Assembly (NCBI RefSeq): GCF_963921235.1
Contig: NC_086108.1
Location: forward strand, 124,001-188,000
From: Mobula hypostoma
Taxonomy: Eukaryota
DNA length: 64,000 nt
Reading direction: 5' to 3'
Numbering within the stretch: the first letter of the stretch is position 1; every line of letters begins with the position of its first letter. The position numbers were made by a program, and so were the translations under genes. Under the pieces are notes generated by a model. The model made no database searches. It worked only from the letters and a program-made list of their open reading frames with translations, and had not been told where the DNA came from. Shown here piece by piece: positions 27,515-40,349 of this stretch.

Positions 27515-29861
27515 GGGCAATTCGTTAACCGACCGGGACCGGGCAATTCGTTAACCACCCCGGCCCTGCCAATTCGTTAACCAACCGACACCGGGCAATT
27601 CGTTAACCACCCCGGCCCTGCCAATTCGTTAACCAACCGACACCGGGCAATTCGTTAACCAACCTGGCCCGGACAATTCGTTAACCACCCCGGCCCTGCC
27701 AATTCGTTAACCAACCTGGCCCTGGCAATTCGTTAACCAACCGGGATTGGACAATTCGTTAACCACCCTGGCCCTGCCAATTCGTTAACCATCTGGGAAC
27801 GGACAATGGACTACCTAACCCTGTCCTGGCAATTAGTGCATCAACTCGACCGGACAATTCGTTAACCATGCTGCCTCTGGCAATTCGTTAACCAACCATG
27901 CCCGGACAATTCGTTAACCATCCCGGCCCTGGCAATTCGTGAACCAACCCGGCCCGGGCAATTCGTTAACCAAGCTGCCTCTGGCAATTCGTTAACCAAC
28001 CCGGCCCGGACAATTCGTTAACCAAGCTGCATCTTGCAATTCGTTAACCTACCCGGCCATGGCAATTCGTTAACCAAGCTGCCTCTGCCAATTCGTTAAC
28101 CAACCTGGCCCGGGCAATTCGTTAACCAAATCGGCCCGGCCCGGGCAATTCGCTAACCAACCGGGATTGGACAATTCGGTAACCGCTCTGGCCCTGCCAA
28201 TTCGTTAAGCATCTGAGAACGGACAATGGACTACCCAACCCTGTCCTGGCAATTCGTGCACCAACTCGACCGGACAATTCGTTAACCAAGCTGCATCTTG
28301 CAATTCGTTAACCTACCCGGCCATGGCAATTCGTTAACCAAGCTGCCTCTGGCAATTCGTTAACCAACCTGGCCCGGACAATTCGTGAACCATCCCGGCC
28401 CTGGCAATTCGTTAACCAACCCGGTCCGGGCAATTCGTTAACCAACCCGGCCCGGACAATTCGTTAACCATCCCGGCCCTGCCAATTCGTTAACCAACCT
28501 GGCCCGGGCAATTCTTTAACCAACCCGGCCCGGGCAATTCGTTAACCAACCTGGCCCGGACGATTCGTTAACCAAATCGGCCCGGCCCGGGCAATTCGCT
28601 AACCAACCCGGATTGGACAATTCGGTAACCGCTCTGGCCCTGCCAATTCGTTAAGCATCTGAGAACGGACAATGGACTACCCAACCCTGTCCTGGCAATT
28701 AGTGCATCAACTCGACCGGACAATTCGTTAACCAAGCTGCTTCTGGCAATTCGTTAACCAACCATGCCCGGACAATTCGTTAACCATCCGGGCCCTGGCA
28801 ATTCGTTAACCAACCCGGCCCGGGCAATTCGTTAACCAACCCGGCCCGGACAATTCGTTAACCAGCCCGGCCCGGGCAATTCGTTAACCAACCTGGCCCG
28901 GGCAATTCTTTAACCAACCCGGCCCGGGCAATTCGTTAACCAACCTGGCCCGGACGATTCGTTAACCAAATCGGCCCGGCCCGGGCAATTCGCTAACCAA
29001 CCGGGATTGGACAATTCGGTAACCGCTCTGGCCCTGCCAATTCGTTAAGCATCTGAGAACGGACAATGGACTACCCAACCCTGTCCTGGCAATTAGTGCA
29101 TCAACTCGACCGGACAATTCGTTAACCAAGCTGCCTCTGGCAATTCGTTAACCAACCCGGCCCGGACAATTCGTTAACCAAGCTGCATCTTGCAATTCGT
29201 TAACCTACCCGGCCATGGCAATTCGTTAACCAAGCTGCCTCTGGCAATTCGTTAACCAACCTGGCCCGGACAATTCGTGAACCATCCCGGCCCTGGCAAT
29301 TCGTTAACCAACCCGGCCCCGGGCAATTCGTTAACCAACCCGGCCCGGACAATTCGTTAACCATCCCGGCCCTGCCAATTCGTTAACCAACCTGGCCCGG
29401 GCAATTCGTTAACCAAATCGGCCCGGCCCGGGCAATTCGCTAACCAACCGGGATTGGACAATTCGGTAACCGCTCTGGCCCTGCCAATTCGTTAAGCATC
29501 TGAGAACGGACAATGGACTACCCAACCCTGTCCTGGCAATTCGTGCACCAACTCGACCGGACAATTCGTTAACCAAGCTGCATCTTGCAATTCGTTAACC
29601 TACCCGGCCATGGCAATTCGTTAACCAAGCTGCCTCTGGCAATTCGTTAACCAACCTGGCCAGGACAATTCGGTAACCATCCCGGCCCGGGCAATTCGAT
29701 AACCAACCCGGCCCGGGGAATTCGTTAACCAACCTGACCTGGACAATTCGTTAACCAACCGGGACTGGACAATTCGTTAACCACCACGGCCCTGCCATTT
29801 CGTTAACCAACCAGGCCTGGACAATTGGTTAACCAGCCTGGCCCGGGCAAATCCGTAACCA
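27515..29861. repeat. IGS2 26-bp satellite, block 1
   Basis: Same monomer as IGS1; ~970 bp shorter than the IGS1 block. Confidence 0.97.
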
Positions 29862-29879
29862 AGCGAGTCCGGGCAAACC

Positions 29880-31360
29880 CCATGGGCCCGCCACCCTCGC
29901 ATTAGGGTTCACAGTTACACCCGCCGATTACCCGCGCTTCACCGAATTTCGTCAAGCTGGCCCTGGCAACCCGCTAACCCGCCCGGCCGGGTCTGACAAT
30001 GCTCTAGAAACCCGGAACAGGCAGTTTCGTGAACCACCCGCGTCCGCTCTTGACAATTCGTTAACTGACCACGCCCGGGGAAATGGTTAACCAAGCCGGC
30101 CGGGCAAATCGGTAACCGGCCCGGCGGTCCCGACAATTCGGCAAACGAGCAGCTGAGGACAAACCCTTCACCCTCAGCAGCAACTAGTTCATGCCCCGCC
30201 GTCAAAATGTCCCGGCCGATGTTCATCAGAAGCTCCTCGTTGGCCCATGGGCCCCCCTCCTTACCTTAAGAGAGTCACAGTTACTCCCGCCGATTGCCCG
30301 CGCTGCACCGAATTTCGTCAAGCTGGCCCTGGCAACCCGCTAACCCGCCCGGCCGGGTCTGACAATGCTCTAGAAACCCGGCACAGGTCTGTCAATGCTC
30401 TAGAAACCCGGAACAGGCAGTTTCGTGAACCACCCGCGTCCGCTCTTGACAATTCGTTAACTAACCCCGCCCGGGCAAATGGTTAACCAAGCCGGCCGGG
30501 CAAATCGTTAATGGGACCGGCGGTCCCGGCAATTCGGCAAACGAGCAGCTGAGGACCAACCCTTCACCCTCAGCAGCAACTAGTTCATGCCCCGCCGTCA
30601 AAATGTCCCGGCCGATGTTCATCAGAAGCTCCTCGTTGGCCCATGGGCCCCCCTCCTTAATTAAGAGAGTCACAGTTACTCCCGCCGATCACCCGCGCTG
30701 CACCGAATTTCGTCAAGCTGGCCCTGGCAACCCGCTAACCCGCCCGGCCGGGTCTGACAATGCTCTAGAAACCCGGAACAGGCAGTTTCGTGAACCACCC
30801 GCGTCCGCTCTTGACAATTCGTTAACTAACCCCGCCCGGGCAAATGGTTAACCAAGCCGGCCGGGCAAATCGTGAACCGGCCCGAACCTTGACAATTCGT
30901 TAACCAACCCGGCCAGGGCAAATGGTTAACCAAGCCGGCCGGGCAAATCGTTAATGGGCCCGGCGGTCCCGACAATTCGGCAAACGAGCAGCTGAGGACC
31001 AACCCTTCACCCTCAGCAGCAACTAGTTCATGCCCCGCCGTCAAAATGTCCCGGCCGATATTGATCAGAAACTCCTCGTTGGCCCATGGGCCCCCCTCCT
31101 TACCTTAAGAGAGTCACAGTTACTCCCGCCGATCACCCGCGCTGCACCGAATTTCGTCATGCTGGCCCTGGCAACCCGCCAGCCCGCCCGGCCGGGTCTG
31201 ACAATGCTCTAGAAACCCGGAACAGGCAGTTTCGTGAACCAACCGCGCCCGCTCCTGACAATTCGTTCCCCAACCCGGCCCGGGCAAATGGTTAACCAAG
31301 CCGGCCGGGCAAATCGTGAACCGGCCCGAACCTTGACAATTCGTTAACCAACCCGGCCAG
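29880..31360. repeat. IGS2 long repeats with 28S R2-target fragments (3 full + 1 partial)
   Basis: 28S-like segments at ~29909-29950, 30262-30316, ~30661-30711 and 31101-31155. Confidence 0.95.
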
Positions 31361-33076
31361 GGCAATTCGTTAACCAAGCTGCCTCTGGCAATTCGTTAAC
31401 CAACCTGGCCCGGACAATTCGTGAACCATCCCGGCCCTGGCAATTCTTTAACCAACCCGGTCCGGGCAATTCGTTAACCAACCCGGCCCGGACAATTCGT
31501 TAACCATCCCGGCCCTGCCAATTCGTTCACCAACCTGGCCCGGGTAATTCTTTAACCAACCCGGCCCGGGCAATTCGTTAACCAACCTGGCCCGGACGAT
31601 TCGTTAACCAAATCGGCCCGGCCCGGGCAAATCGCTAACCAACCGGGATTGGACAATTCGTTAACCGCTCTGGCCCTGCCAATTCGTTAAGCATCTGAGA
31701 ACGGACAATGGACTACCCAACCCTGTCCTGGCAATTAGTGCATCAACTCGACCGGACAATTCGTTAACCAAGCTGCTTCTGGCAATTCGTTAACCAACCA
31801 TGCCCGGACAATTCGTTCACCATCCCGGCCCTGGCAATTCGTTAACCAACCCGGCCCGGGCAATTCGTTAACCAACCCGGCCCGGACAATTCGTTAACCA
31901 TCCCGGCCCTGCCAATTCGTTCACCAACCTGGCCCGGGCAATTCTTTAACCAACCCGGCCCGGGCAATTCGTTAACCAACCTGGCCCGGACGATTCGTTA
32001 ACCAAATCGGCCCGGCCCGGGCAAATCGCTAACCAACCGGGATTGGACAATTCGGTAATCGCTCTGGCCCTGCCAATTCGTTAAGCATCTGAGAACGGAC
32101 AATGGACTACCCAACCCTGTCCTGGCAATTAGTGCATCAACTCGACCGGACAATTCGTTAACCAAGCTGCTTCTGGCAATTCGTTAACCAACCATGCCCG
32201 GACAATTCGTTAACCATCCCGGCCCTGGCAATTCGGTAACCAACCCGGCCCGGGCAATTCGTTAACCAACCCGGCCAGGACAATTCGTTAACCATCCCGG
32301 CCCGGGCAATTCGTTAACCAACCTGGCCCGGGCAATTCTTTAACCAACCCGTCCCGGGCAATTCGTTAACCAACCTGGCCCGGACAATTCGTTAACCACC
32401 CCGGCCCTGCCAATTCGTTAACCAACCTGGCCCTGGCACTTCGTTAACCAACCGGGATTGGACAATTCGTTAACCACCCCGGCCCTGCCAATTCGTTAAC
32501 CAACCTGGCCCTGGCAATTCGTTAACCAACCGGGATTGGACAATTCGTTAACCACCCTGGCCCTGCCAATTCGTTAACCAACACGGCCCGGCACGGGCAA
32601 TTCGCTAACCAACCGGGATTGGACAACTCGGTAACCGCCCTGGCCCTGCCAATTCGTTAACCATCTGGGACCGGACAATGGACTACCTAACCCTGTCCTG
32701 GCAATTAGTGCATCAACTCGACCGGACAATTCGTTAACCAAGCTGCCTCTGGCAATTCGTTAACCAACCCGGCCCGGACAATTCGTTAACCAAGCTGCAT
32801 CTTGCAATTCGTTAACCTACCCGGCCATGGCAATTCGTTAACCAAGCTGCCTCTGGCAATTCGTTAACCAACCGACACCAGACAATTCAATAACCAACCC
32901 GGCCCGGACAATTCGTTAACTACCCCGGCGCTGCCAATTCGATAACCAACCGGGACCGGGCAATTCATGAACCAACCCGGCCTTGGCAATTCGTTAACCA
33001 ACCCTGTCTTGGCAATTCGTTAACCAACCAGGACCGGGCAATTCGTTAACCACCCCGGCCCTGACAAATTGTTGAC
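31361..33076. repeat. IGS2 26-bp satellite, block 2 (terminal, decaying toward the junction)
   Basis: The satellite resumes after the long repeats; the last monomers are degenerate (gacaattcaataacc, ggcaattcatgaacc, gacaaattgttgacc). Confidence 0.95.
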
Positions 33077-33562
33077 CAGCAGAATCTGCAAATAATCGGT
33101 TTTGCTGAAGATGTTGCGACGGGAGATCGTACTAAGTACTTTTCTAAATTGTTAGTGGATGTGTTTGGTCCAGATATATTGGAGGAACCCCCATTGTTAG
33201 ACCGCGCACATCGTTCTTTACGTGCTAAACCGGCTAAACAATTTAAACCGAGGCCCGCCATTATTCGGTTTCATTATCTTCATTTTAAGGAACAAGTGAT
33301 ACCAGCTGCTCGGCGGAAAGGCATGATCGAGTTTCAAAGTTTTAAATTTCATATCGTTGAGGATTTCAGCCAGGAAGTATTGAAAAAATGGATGGCTTTT
33401 AAACCACAGATCTCCGAACTTTATTTCCAGGGCTATAAATTAGCGTTGCTGTTCCCAACCTGTTTGAGAGTTGTTCTGCCAGACAATTCTCGTCGTTTGT
33501 TTAAAACTCCGGGCGAAGCTCAAACTTTTCTCGACAAATTGTCTTCCTGTGCTGAGGACTAA
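33077..33562 (+). mobile_element. L1-clade LINE ORF1 fragment (5'-truncated at the rDNA junction)
   Basis: Translates as QQNLQIIGFAE...LDRAHRS...PRPAIIRF...EDFS...LLFPTCLRV, the L1 ORF1 RRM/CTD pattern; followed by AT-rich sequence. Confidence 0.85.
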
Positions 33563-34519
33563 TTAACGCACTGTTTTCCTTTTTTTTAATCTGTTTTTCA
33601 TTTCCTTTTTTTCAAAAAAAAGTTAATATTTTGCTTACAGATTTAGATTTTTATATTCTGAGGGTTCTTGCCTTGATTTTGTGAGTGTAGGTATTTTTCA
33701 CATTCTTAAATGATAGTACTCTTTTTTGTTAGTGATTTTGTAAATCTCACGTTTAATATTTTTCCTTTTGAGAACAACTTAGTTGCAGTTTTAATGTTTG
33801 CTTTTCCTTTTTTTTTGAAACGTTACTGGAGAAGTATTACATTTTAAGATGGTGGATGGCTTCCTTCTCCTTCCCAGAATTCTCTCTTCTTGCATCATTT
33901 CCGATCATTTCCCTACGAAAATCTAATAATATGAACTGGGGTTTGTTTTCTTTGAAATATGAGTAAGTTTATTAGCATCCAGGGCATTAGTCATGGAGCA
34001 GTTCTCAATGTCTGTCATTTGACGTCTAAAAGCCTTGCCTCCCTCACTTGCAGATGCAATCAGTGCCACCAATCCACGAGTCATTGATGATGTCGGGCAC
34101 GTAAACTCTGCGTTGACTTGAAACGCTGCATGTATTATGAGACCTGCACGACGTATGGACTCAATGTGGATCGAGTGTTTAATGAAGGTAATGGCTTTGT
34201 GCCTGGCACTCAGTGTTTGCCCTTTGCAGTTTGTCCGAATAATATGGAGAAAGGATAAATGTAAAACCGATCCTTTCACATTCCTTCCAGGACAAAACTG
34301 TATTTCGCCAATAAGGAGATATATCGGAATTGAGAATCTTTCTAATGTGGGAAACATGGGAATCAGTTTTCACACAGCAGGCTCCCACAAACAGCAGTGT
34401 AACGCAGACCAAATTGTATATTTTAGTGGTGAGTATCGGTCCCAGGACACTGGAGAACTCCCCTGACCCTTTACTTGTGACAGGATCTGAATGTGCAGAC
34501 AGAGTCTGGTGCAATGTCT

Positions 34520-34743
34520 TACTTGGACCTCCACCCTCAGCAGATCATCAGCCTTGATTCCACCATCCAAACCCATCTTAACGCTCCCCCCCCACCCCAC
34601 CCCCCACCCCACTCCCCTGCTCTCCGCTTTCCACAGAGATTCCTCTCACTGTGATTATCTTGTCCATTTGACCCTCCTCACTAACCTCCCTTCTGGCACA
34701 TATCCCTCCATGTGACAAAAGGTGCCCATTCACCTTCCCTCAC
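34520..34743 (+). mobile_element. Penelope-like element fragment, left half (continues at 41423)
   Basis: Degenerate match to 46740-46975; collinear continuation caccattcagagccctaagcag after the LTR insertions. Confidence 0.7.
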
Positions 34744-34753
34744 TGATGCACTA

Positions 34754-35591
34754 TGTTATGTACCCCGTAACTGGGTTGCCAAACCAGCAGAAATGGACCA
34801 CTTAGTTGGAGTCTGGATTACTGGAACTAAGAAAGTTTTATTAAAGAAATAAGTAACACTGTACTCTAATAGTGAGGATATAAATGCAACAGGTTAGCAA
34901 TGGTAAAACACACATGTACACAGAACTAGGATAATAGGATCAATCAAGCTCTATTGCAGTCTCGGGGTAAAGTGACCAGTCTCAAGTGACGCAGAGTTCA
35001 GTTCAGTTTAGTTCAGTTCGCAGTAATCGCTGTTGTGCCGTTGGGGAGAGAGAGAGAGCGAATGATGATAGTCGGATTCAAACAGATCTTTGATATTCCT
35101 CGCAGTTAGCTTTCGGGCGAGCCCTTTGTAATGTCTTCTGAGGTCACTGACTGTGACCCCTCCGTTTCGGATACGATCGTTCTTCTGCGGTGAACCCGGC
35201 GCCCAGTCAAGGGCAGACACACACACTAGGTTCCCGCTGATCGTACCTTTTCACCTTGTGCATCTATGGTCGGTCCCGCGACCAGACCTCCAGAACTCCC
35301 ACCAACTTGTGGGGACACACCGCACTTCCAGGGTCTCGTTATCTCGTGCTGTCATGGTGTCCCTCTTGCCCTAGTCAACCTGTTCTTTTTATCCCCCTGC
35401 TGGGGTATCGCCTGTCCTTCAAACTTCAAACAGTTCAGGTTCAAAGCAAACGGTCTGACAATACTCAGAACTGTTCTCCTTTTCGTTAATCTCTCTCGTC
35501 TCTCATATTAGCATTTTGAATGTTTCCCCATTGTCTCTCTCTTATCTCTCTTATCAGCATCAATCTTCTGATAACTTGGTCTTTTGTCACA
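34754..35591 (-). repeat. 3' LTR of the Gypsy element
   Basis: tgttatgtacccc...cttttgtcaca; preceded on the minus strand by the purine tract GAAGGATAGGGG (35592-35603). Confidence 0.93.
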
Positions 35592-35709
35592 CCCCTATCC
35601 TTCAAAGGATTTTTACCGGGATAAAAATTATATGCATGAATACATTATTAGATACACACTAATATACAGGGTCATCAGCTATTTGGCTAATACAGAGAAC
35701 TTTAAGTTG

Positions 35710-36990
35710 TCAACACCTTGACAGACAGTCAGCAATCACATTTTCCGTTCCTTTTATATGTTTAATTTTTATATCAAATTTCTGTAGCACCAGGCTCCAA
35801 CTGAGCAATCTTTTGTTTTTATCTTTCATAGTGGCCAAAAACACTAATGGGTTGTGATCAGTGTAAATTACCAGTGGTTTCCGTGACGGGCAAATATAAA
35901 CCTCAAAATGTTGTAATGCCAGTATGATGGCCAGTAACTCCTTTTCCACAGTGGAATAATTTCTCTGATGGATATTAAATTGCTTAGAAAAGTAAGTGGC
36001 TGGGTGCTCAACCCCCTCTTTGTCTGTCTGCAACAGCACCGCCCCGGATGCTTCATCACTAGCATCTGTTGCTAGGGAGAAGGGTTTTGAAAAATCAGGC
36101 GCATTCAGCACAGGATGGTGACACAAAATCGCCTTCAGACTCTCGAAGGCTTGTTGACAAAGGTCATTCCACACAAACTTCGCATTCTTTGGTAAGAGCT
36201 CAGTAAGAGGGAGGGTAATATCCGCAAAGTTTTTGCAAAACTTCCTATAGTACCCCACCATCCCCAAGAACCTTCTCAGGGCTCTCTTGTCTGTCGGGGT
36301 GGGGACTTCCGAGATAGCCCGCACCTTAGCCTGCATCGGAGCCAGCTGCCCCTGTCCTACCACATACCCCAGATAAGTGACCTTCGCGTGGCCGAACTCA
36401 CTTTTTGCGAGGTTCACTGTCAGGTTGGCTTCAGACAGCCGTTTAAACAGCTCCTCTACCACCACAATGTGCTCCTCCCACGTGTCACTCCAGACCACTA
36501 AATCATCAATATACGCTTCTGTGTTCCTTAATCCCTTTATCACGGAATTAATCATCCTCTGGAAGGTCCCTGGGGCATTTTTCATGCCAAAAGGTAAAAC
36601 ATTATACTCGTATAAACCGGGGTGACAAATGCTGAGATTTCTCCAGCCCGGTTGGTTAAAGGAACACGCCAGTCCCCTTTCAGCAAATCGATCTTTGTGA
36701 TGTACTTAGCTCTCCCCACTTTATCGATGCAATCGTCTACACTTGGGATGGGGTAAGCATCAGTTTTTGTGATGGCGTTCACCTTTCTGTAATCTGTACA
36801 GAATCGGATGCTCCCATTGACTTTTGGGACAACCACACAGGGATTTGGATGGTCTAATAATACCTGTGGCTAGCATGTGTTCAATTTCTTTCTCCACTAG
36901 CTTGCCTTTCTCCAAGTTCACCCTATAGGGGTGTTGCTTAATAGGCTGATCTGATGTGACAACAACATCATGCACCGTCCCCTTGCATCG
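35710..36990 (-). pseudogene. Gypsy reverse transcriptase-RNase H (frameshifted)
   Basis: IKQHPYR, RFCTDYRKVN, KIDLLKG, NAPGTFQR, YIDD, TDAS, NYSTVEKELLA, YTDHNPL, NVIADCLSR across ORFs 36760-37299, 36582-36836 and 35710-36585. Confidence 0.93.
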
Positions 36991-37316
36991 CCTCGGGACA
37001 TCCGGACATACATCTGCATGCCGGTTAATTAGCTTTGTCAATGGCCCACTTTGTTGGGGGGTTAGGTGAGAGATTTTATCAGCAAAATTAGCCAAAACAA
37101 TAGAGTTCTCCAATCTGGTCGACACCACATTTATCTTTTCAAGATGGGTTTTCCCCGTATCATTTGACACCCCAGTCTCATTAATTTTCGTGATAACACC
37201 AACTAGATCTGCTTTCTGATTGTGGTAAGCTTTTAACATGTTAATGTGTACCAACTGTGTGTGTTTACGCCTGTCCGGCATTTCGATAACATAATTCAAA
37301 GGGTCTATCTTTTTAA

Positions 37317-38426
37317 TTACCTTGTACGGACCGTGGAATCTTGCCTGGATTGGTTGGTTACCACTGGAAACAGAACTAAGACCCTATTGCCCACATGAAA
37401 CACTTGTTCGCGGGCACACCTATCATACCACTGTTTCATTTTAGTTTGGGAGTGTCGTAGATTTTCTTTGGCAAGGTCACAGATCCTTTTAAGCCTCTCA
37501 CGAAATTTTAAAACATAATCAATCACATTAACTTGGACTGCCGGACTGGACCATTTCTCTTTCAGTAAGGTCAGGGGTCCTCTGGGCCGATGACCAAAGA
37601 CGAGCTCAAATGGGCTGAACCCCAATGGCTCCTGAACCGTGTCCCTTACGGCAAATAACAGAAGAGGCAAGGCATAATCCCAGCCCCTAGCGTTCTCTTG
37701 ACAGTAAATTTTAATCATAGTCTTTAATGTTGCGTGGAATTGTTCCAATGCCCCTTGGGACTCTGGGTGGTACGCGGAGGCCAAAATCTGCTTTGCTCCC
37801 ACCTCATCCAACACCCGTCGGAATGTGTGAGATGTGAAGACACTCCTCTGATCTGACTGGATTTCCCTGGGGCTCACCGTAGTGAACAATTTCAGAAGTG
37901 CCTTTACCACTGCGGGAGCCTTGACATCTGCCAGGTGCACAATCTCCGGAAACCTGGTGGCGGCGCACATCATAGTCATCACATACTCTCGACCACTTAC
38001 AGTTCTGGGCAGGGGACCGACAAAATCCACAATTATTTGGGAAAAAGTTTCCCAGAAAGTGGGTATCGGTCGAAGGGGCACTTTTGGCAGGACCTGATTT
38101 GGCTTTCCTACCACCTGACAGGAATGACACCGTCTACAACATTCAATAATACCCTTCCTCATGTTCGGCCAGTAAAACTCTTTCATAATTCTGTCGACTG
38201 TCTTCCTCACCCCAAAATGTCCACCGAGGGGTACCTTGTGGGCCAGGTTAAAAATCTCGCCCCTATAAATTTTCGGCACTACCACCTGGTGTGCAACTCC
38301 CCATTCCTCATCTGTGGGCACGGTACGTGGTCTCCATTTCCTCATTAGTACTCCCTCCTTTACATAATAGCCCACTGGCTCCCTTCTTAATTCTGCTTCA
38401 GAGAGAGCTGTCTCCGCCAAAACCAT
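37317..38426 (-). pseudogene. Gypsy integrase
   Basis: HHCC (LAHK...GHFG...CHSCQ) and catalytic D,D35E (VDFVGP, SDQ, YHPESQGALE); FSPFELVFG. Confidence 0.93.
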
Positions 38427-38444
38427 CAGCTCCTCGTCTCGCTC

Positions 38445-40250
38445 CTATGCCTGTACAAATTCCTTCCTCGCTAATGATAAATCTACCTTAATTTCCATTT
38501 CACTACGCTGCTCCTCACTTTCTAACCCCTTCTGATACAAGGCTGGTAAAAACGTCTCAGCCAAAGCTATATTTACTTCGGCAGCCTTTCTAGACATGCC
38601 CCGAGTCACTGCGCAAACGGGATAAACCTGTGAGTCCATGGGCGGGGCCTCAATGCTGGCAGGCTGGCTTGTCAGTCTTACTGCTGGGTACACCTCTCCG
38701 CCGGCGAGGTCATTACCGAGTAAGACCTCCACGTCTTTCATCGGTAGTTCGGGCCTCACCCCGATCGTGACCAGTCCAGAGACCAAGTCACTTTTTAGGT
38801 GTATCTGGTGCAAAGGTACTGCTTCAGTCCCTTTCCCAATGCCTTTTATGACCCTGACCTCCCCAGTCTCGGTCTCTGAACTAAAGTCTAAAACACTCCT
38901 TAATATCAATGACTGACAAGCTCCCGTGTCTCTCCAGATCCGCACTGGAACTGGGTCTAACCCCTCCTTCACCGACATCAATCCGGCCGAGATAAACCTC
39001 TCGCGCCCTTCCTGAACTTTGTCAGAGCTCTTCTCCCCTAGCGGTTTGTTTGCCAGCTCAATACAGCCAGTCGGAACCGTCGTTTTCCCTTTTCCCGTCT
39101 CCTTCTTTGGGGCAAAGCACCTGGACGCAAAGTGACCGGCTTTCCCACAATTATAACATACGACCCCAGGAGACTTCCTACCAAACTGCTCCCGGTCTAC
39201 CTTATCCTTCTCACTAGTCCCCGACTTACTTTCTGACTTTTCTGGCGGACTCTCCCCACCCTCTTGACTACCCTTCTGGTAGCCTTTGCTCGGGGTAAAC
39301 TTGGTTTTATGTGTCAACGCGTACTCATCCGCTAACTTAGCAGTTGTGGCTAAAGTATCTGCGTCTTTCTCATCTAGATAGGGTGTCATACCTTCAGAGA
39401 CACAACCTTTAATCAGCTCAATCAGGATCAGCTGTAGCAGTCTGTCATAATCCCCATTGACCCCTTTCGAGGCGTACCAACGCTCACAATATGTCTGCAT
39501 CTCATGGGCAAACTCTAAATACGTGCGGTCCCACCGTTTCCACACATTCCAGAACCTCTGCCGGTATGCCTCCGGGACCAACTCATAAATCCTGAGGATG
39601 GCCTCTTTCACCACCTCATACCTCTGGGCATCTTCCGTGGACAAGGCTGAGTAAGCTTGTTGGGCTTTTCCTTTAAGTACCCTCTGAAGCAAAACAGCCC
39701 ACTTATCCCTCGGCCAGTCCTGACTTGCAGCAACTTTTTCAAAATGGAGAAAGTACTGATCAACATCGGTCTCGTCAAATGGGGGAACCAGCCTAACCTC
39801 CTGGGTTGCCCTGAACCCTCCACCTTGGTTCGGCATGGGCCCCTGCGCTGCCGTCATCTTTAACCTCTCCAGCTCAAATTCCCTTTCCCTCTGTTTCTCC
39901 AACTGCCTCTCTTCTCGCTCCAACTGCCTCTCTCTCTCTTGCCGTTCTAATTGTTTCTCTTCTTGTTCTAGCTGCCTTACCTGGAACTCGTGCTTGAGTC
40001 TCAATTTTTCAATCTGCACCTGTACTGCGTCTCCACCAAGTTTTCCAGTAGATATCACCTCCAACTCCCCTTGGGGAAACACACCTTTAGATACATAATG
40101 CTCTCTGATAGCTCTGTGCATCTCAGCTCTCCTCATTGTCGAATTCCCCTTAACAAGATTCAACCATTTGGCCACAGCTGCCAATTCCGCTTTCCTGGCA
40201 TCCTCTAATGCCTCCAAGGTCAGCGCCTTTCGAAATTCCTCAATCTCCAT
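38445..40250 (-). pseudogene. Gypsy gag (SCAN-like domain, CCHC knuckle) and aspartic protease
   Basis: 601-aa ORF with YELVPEAYRQRF (SCAN-like), CYNCGKAGHFASRC, RDTGA and LLGNDL. Confidence 0.92.
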
Positions 40251-40326
40251 TTCTGCTGTTTGCCTTTTCTTTCTTTCGGGAATTTTAACCCAATCAATTT
40301 ACCCCATCCCAAATTTAGCGTTCAAA

Positions 40327-40345
40327 ATCCCGGACGAGAACCCCA
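40327..40345 (-). promoter_or_regulatory. Primer binding site, tRNA-Pro-like
   Basis: Minus strand TGGGGTTCTCGTCCGGGAT, 4 nt after the 5' LTR; the tRNA-Pro PBS is TGGGGGCTCGTCCGGGAT. Confidence 0.8.
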
Positions 40346-40349
40346 CTTA

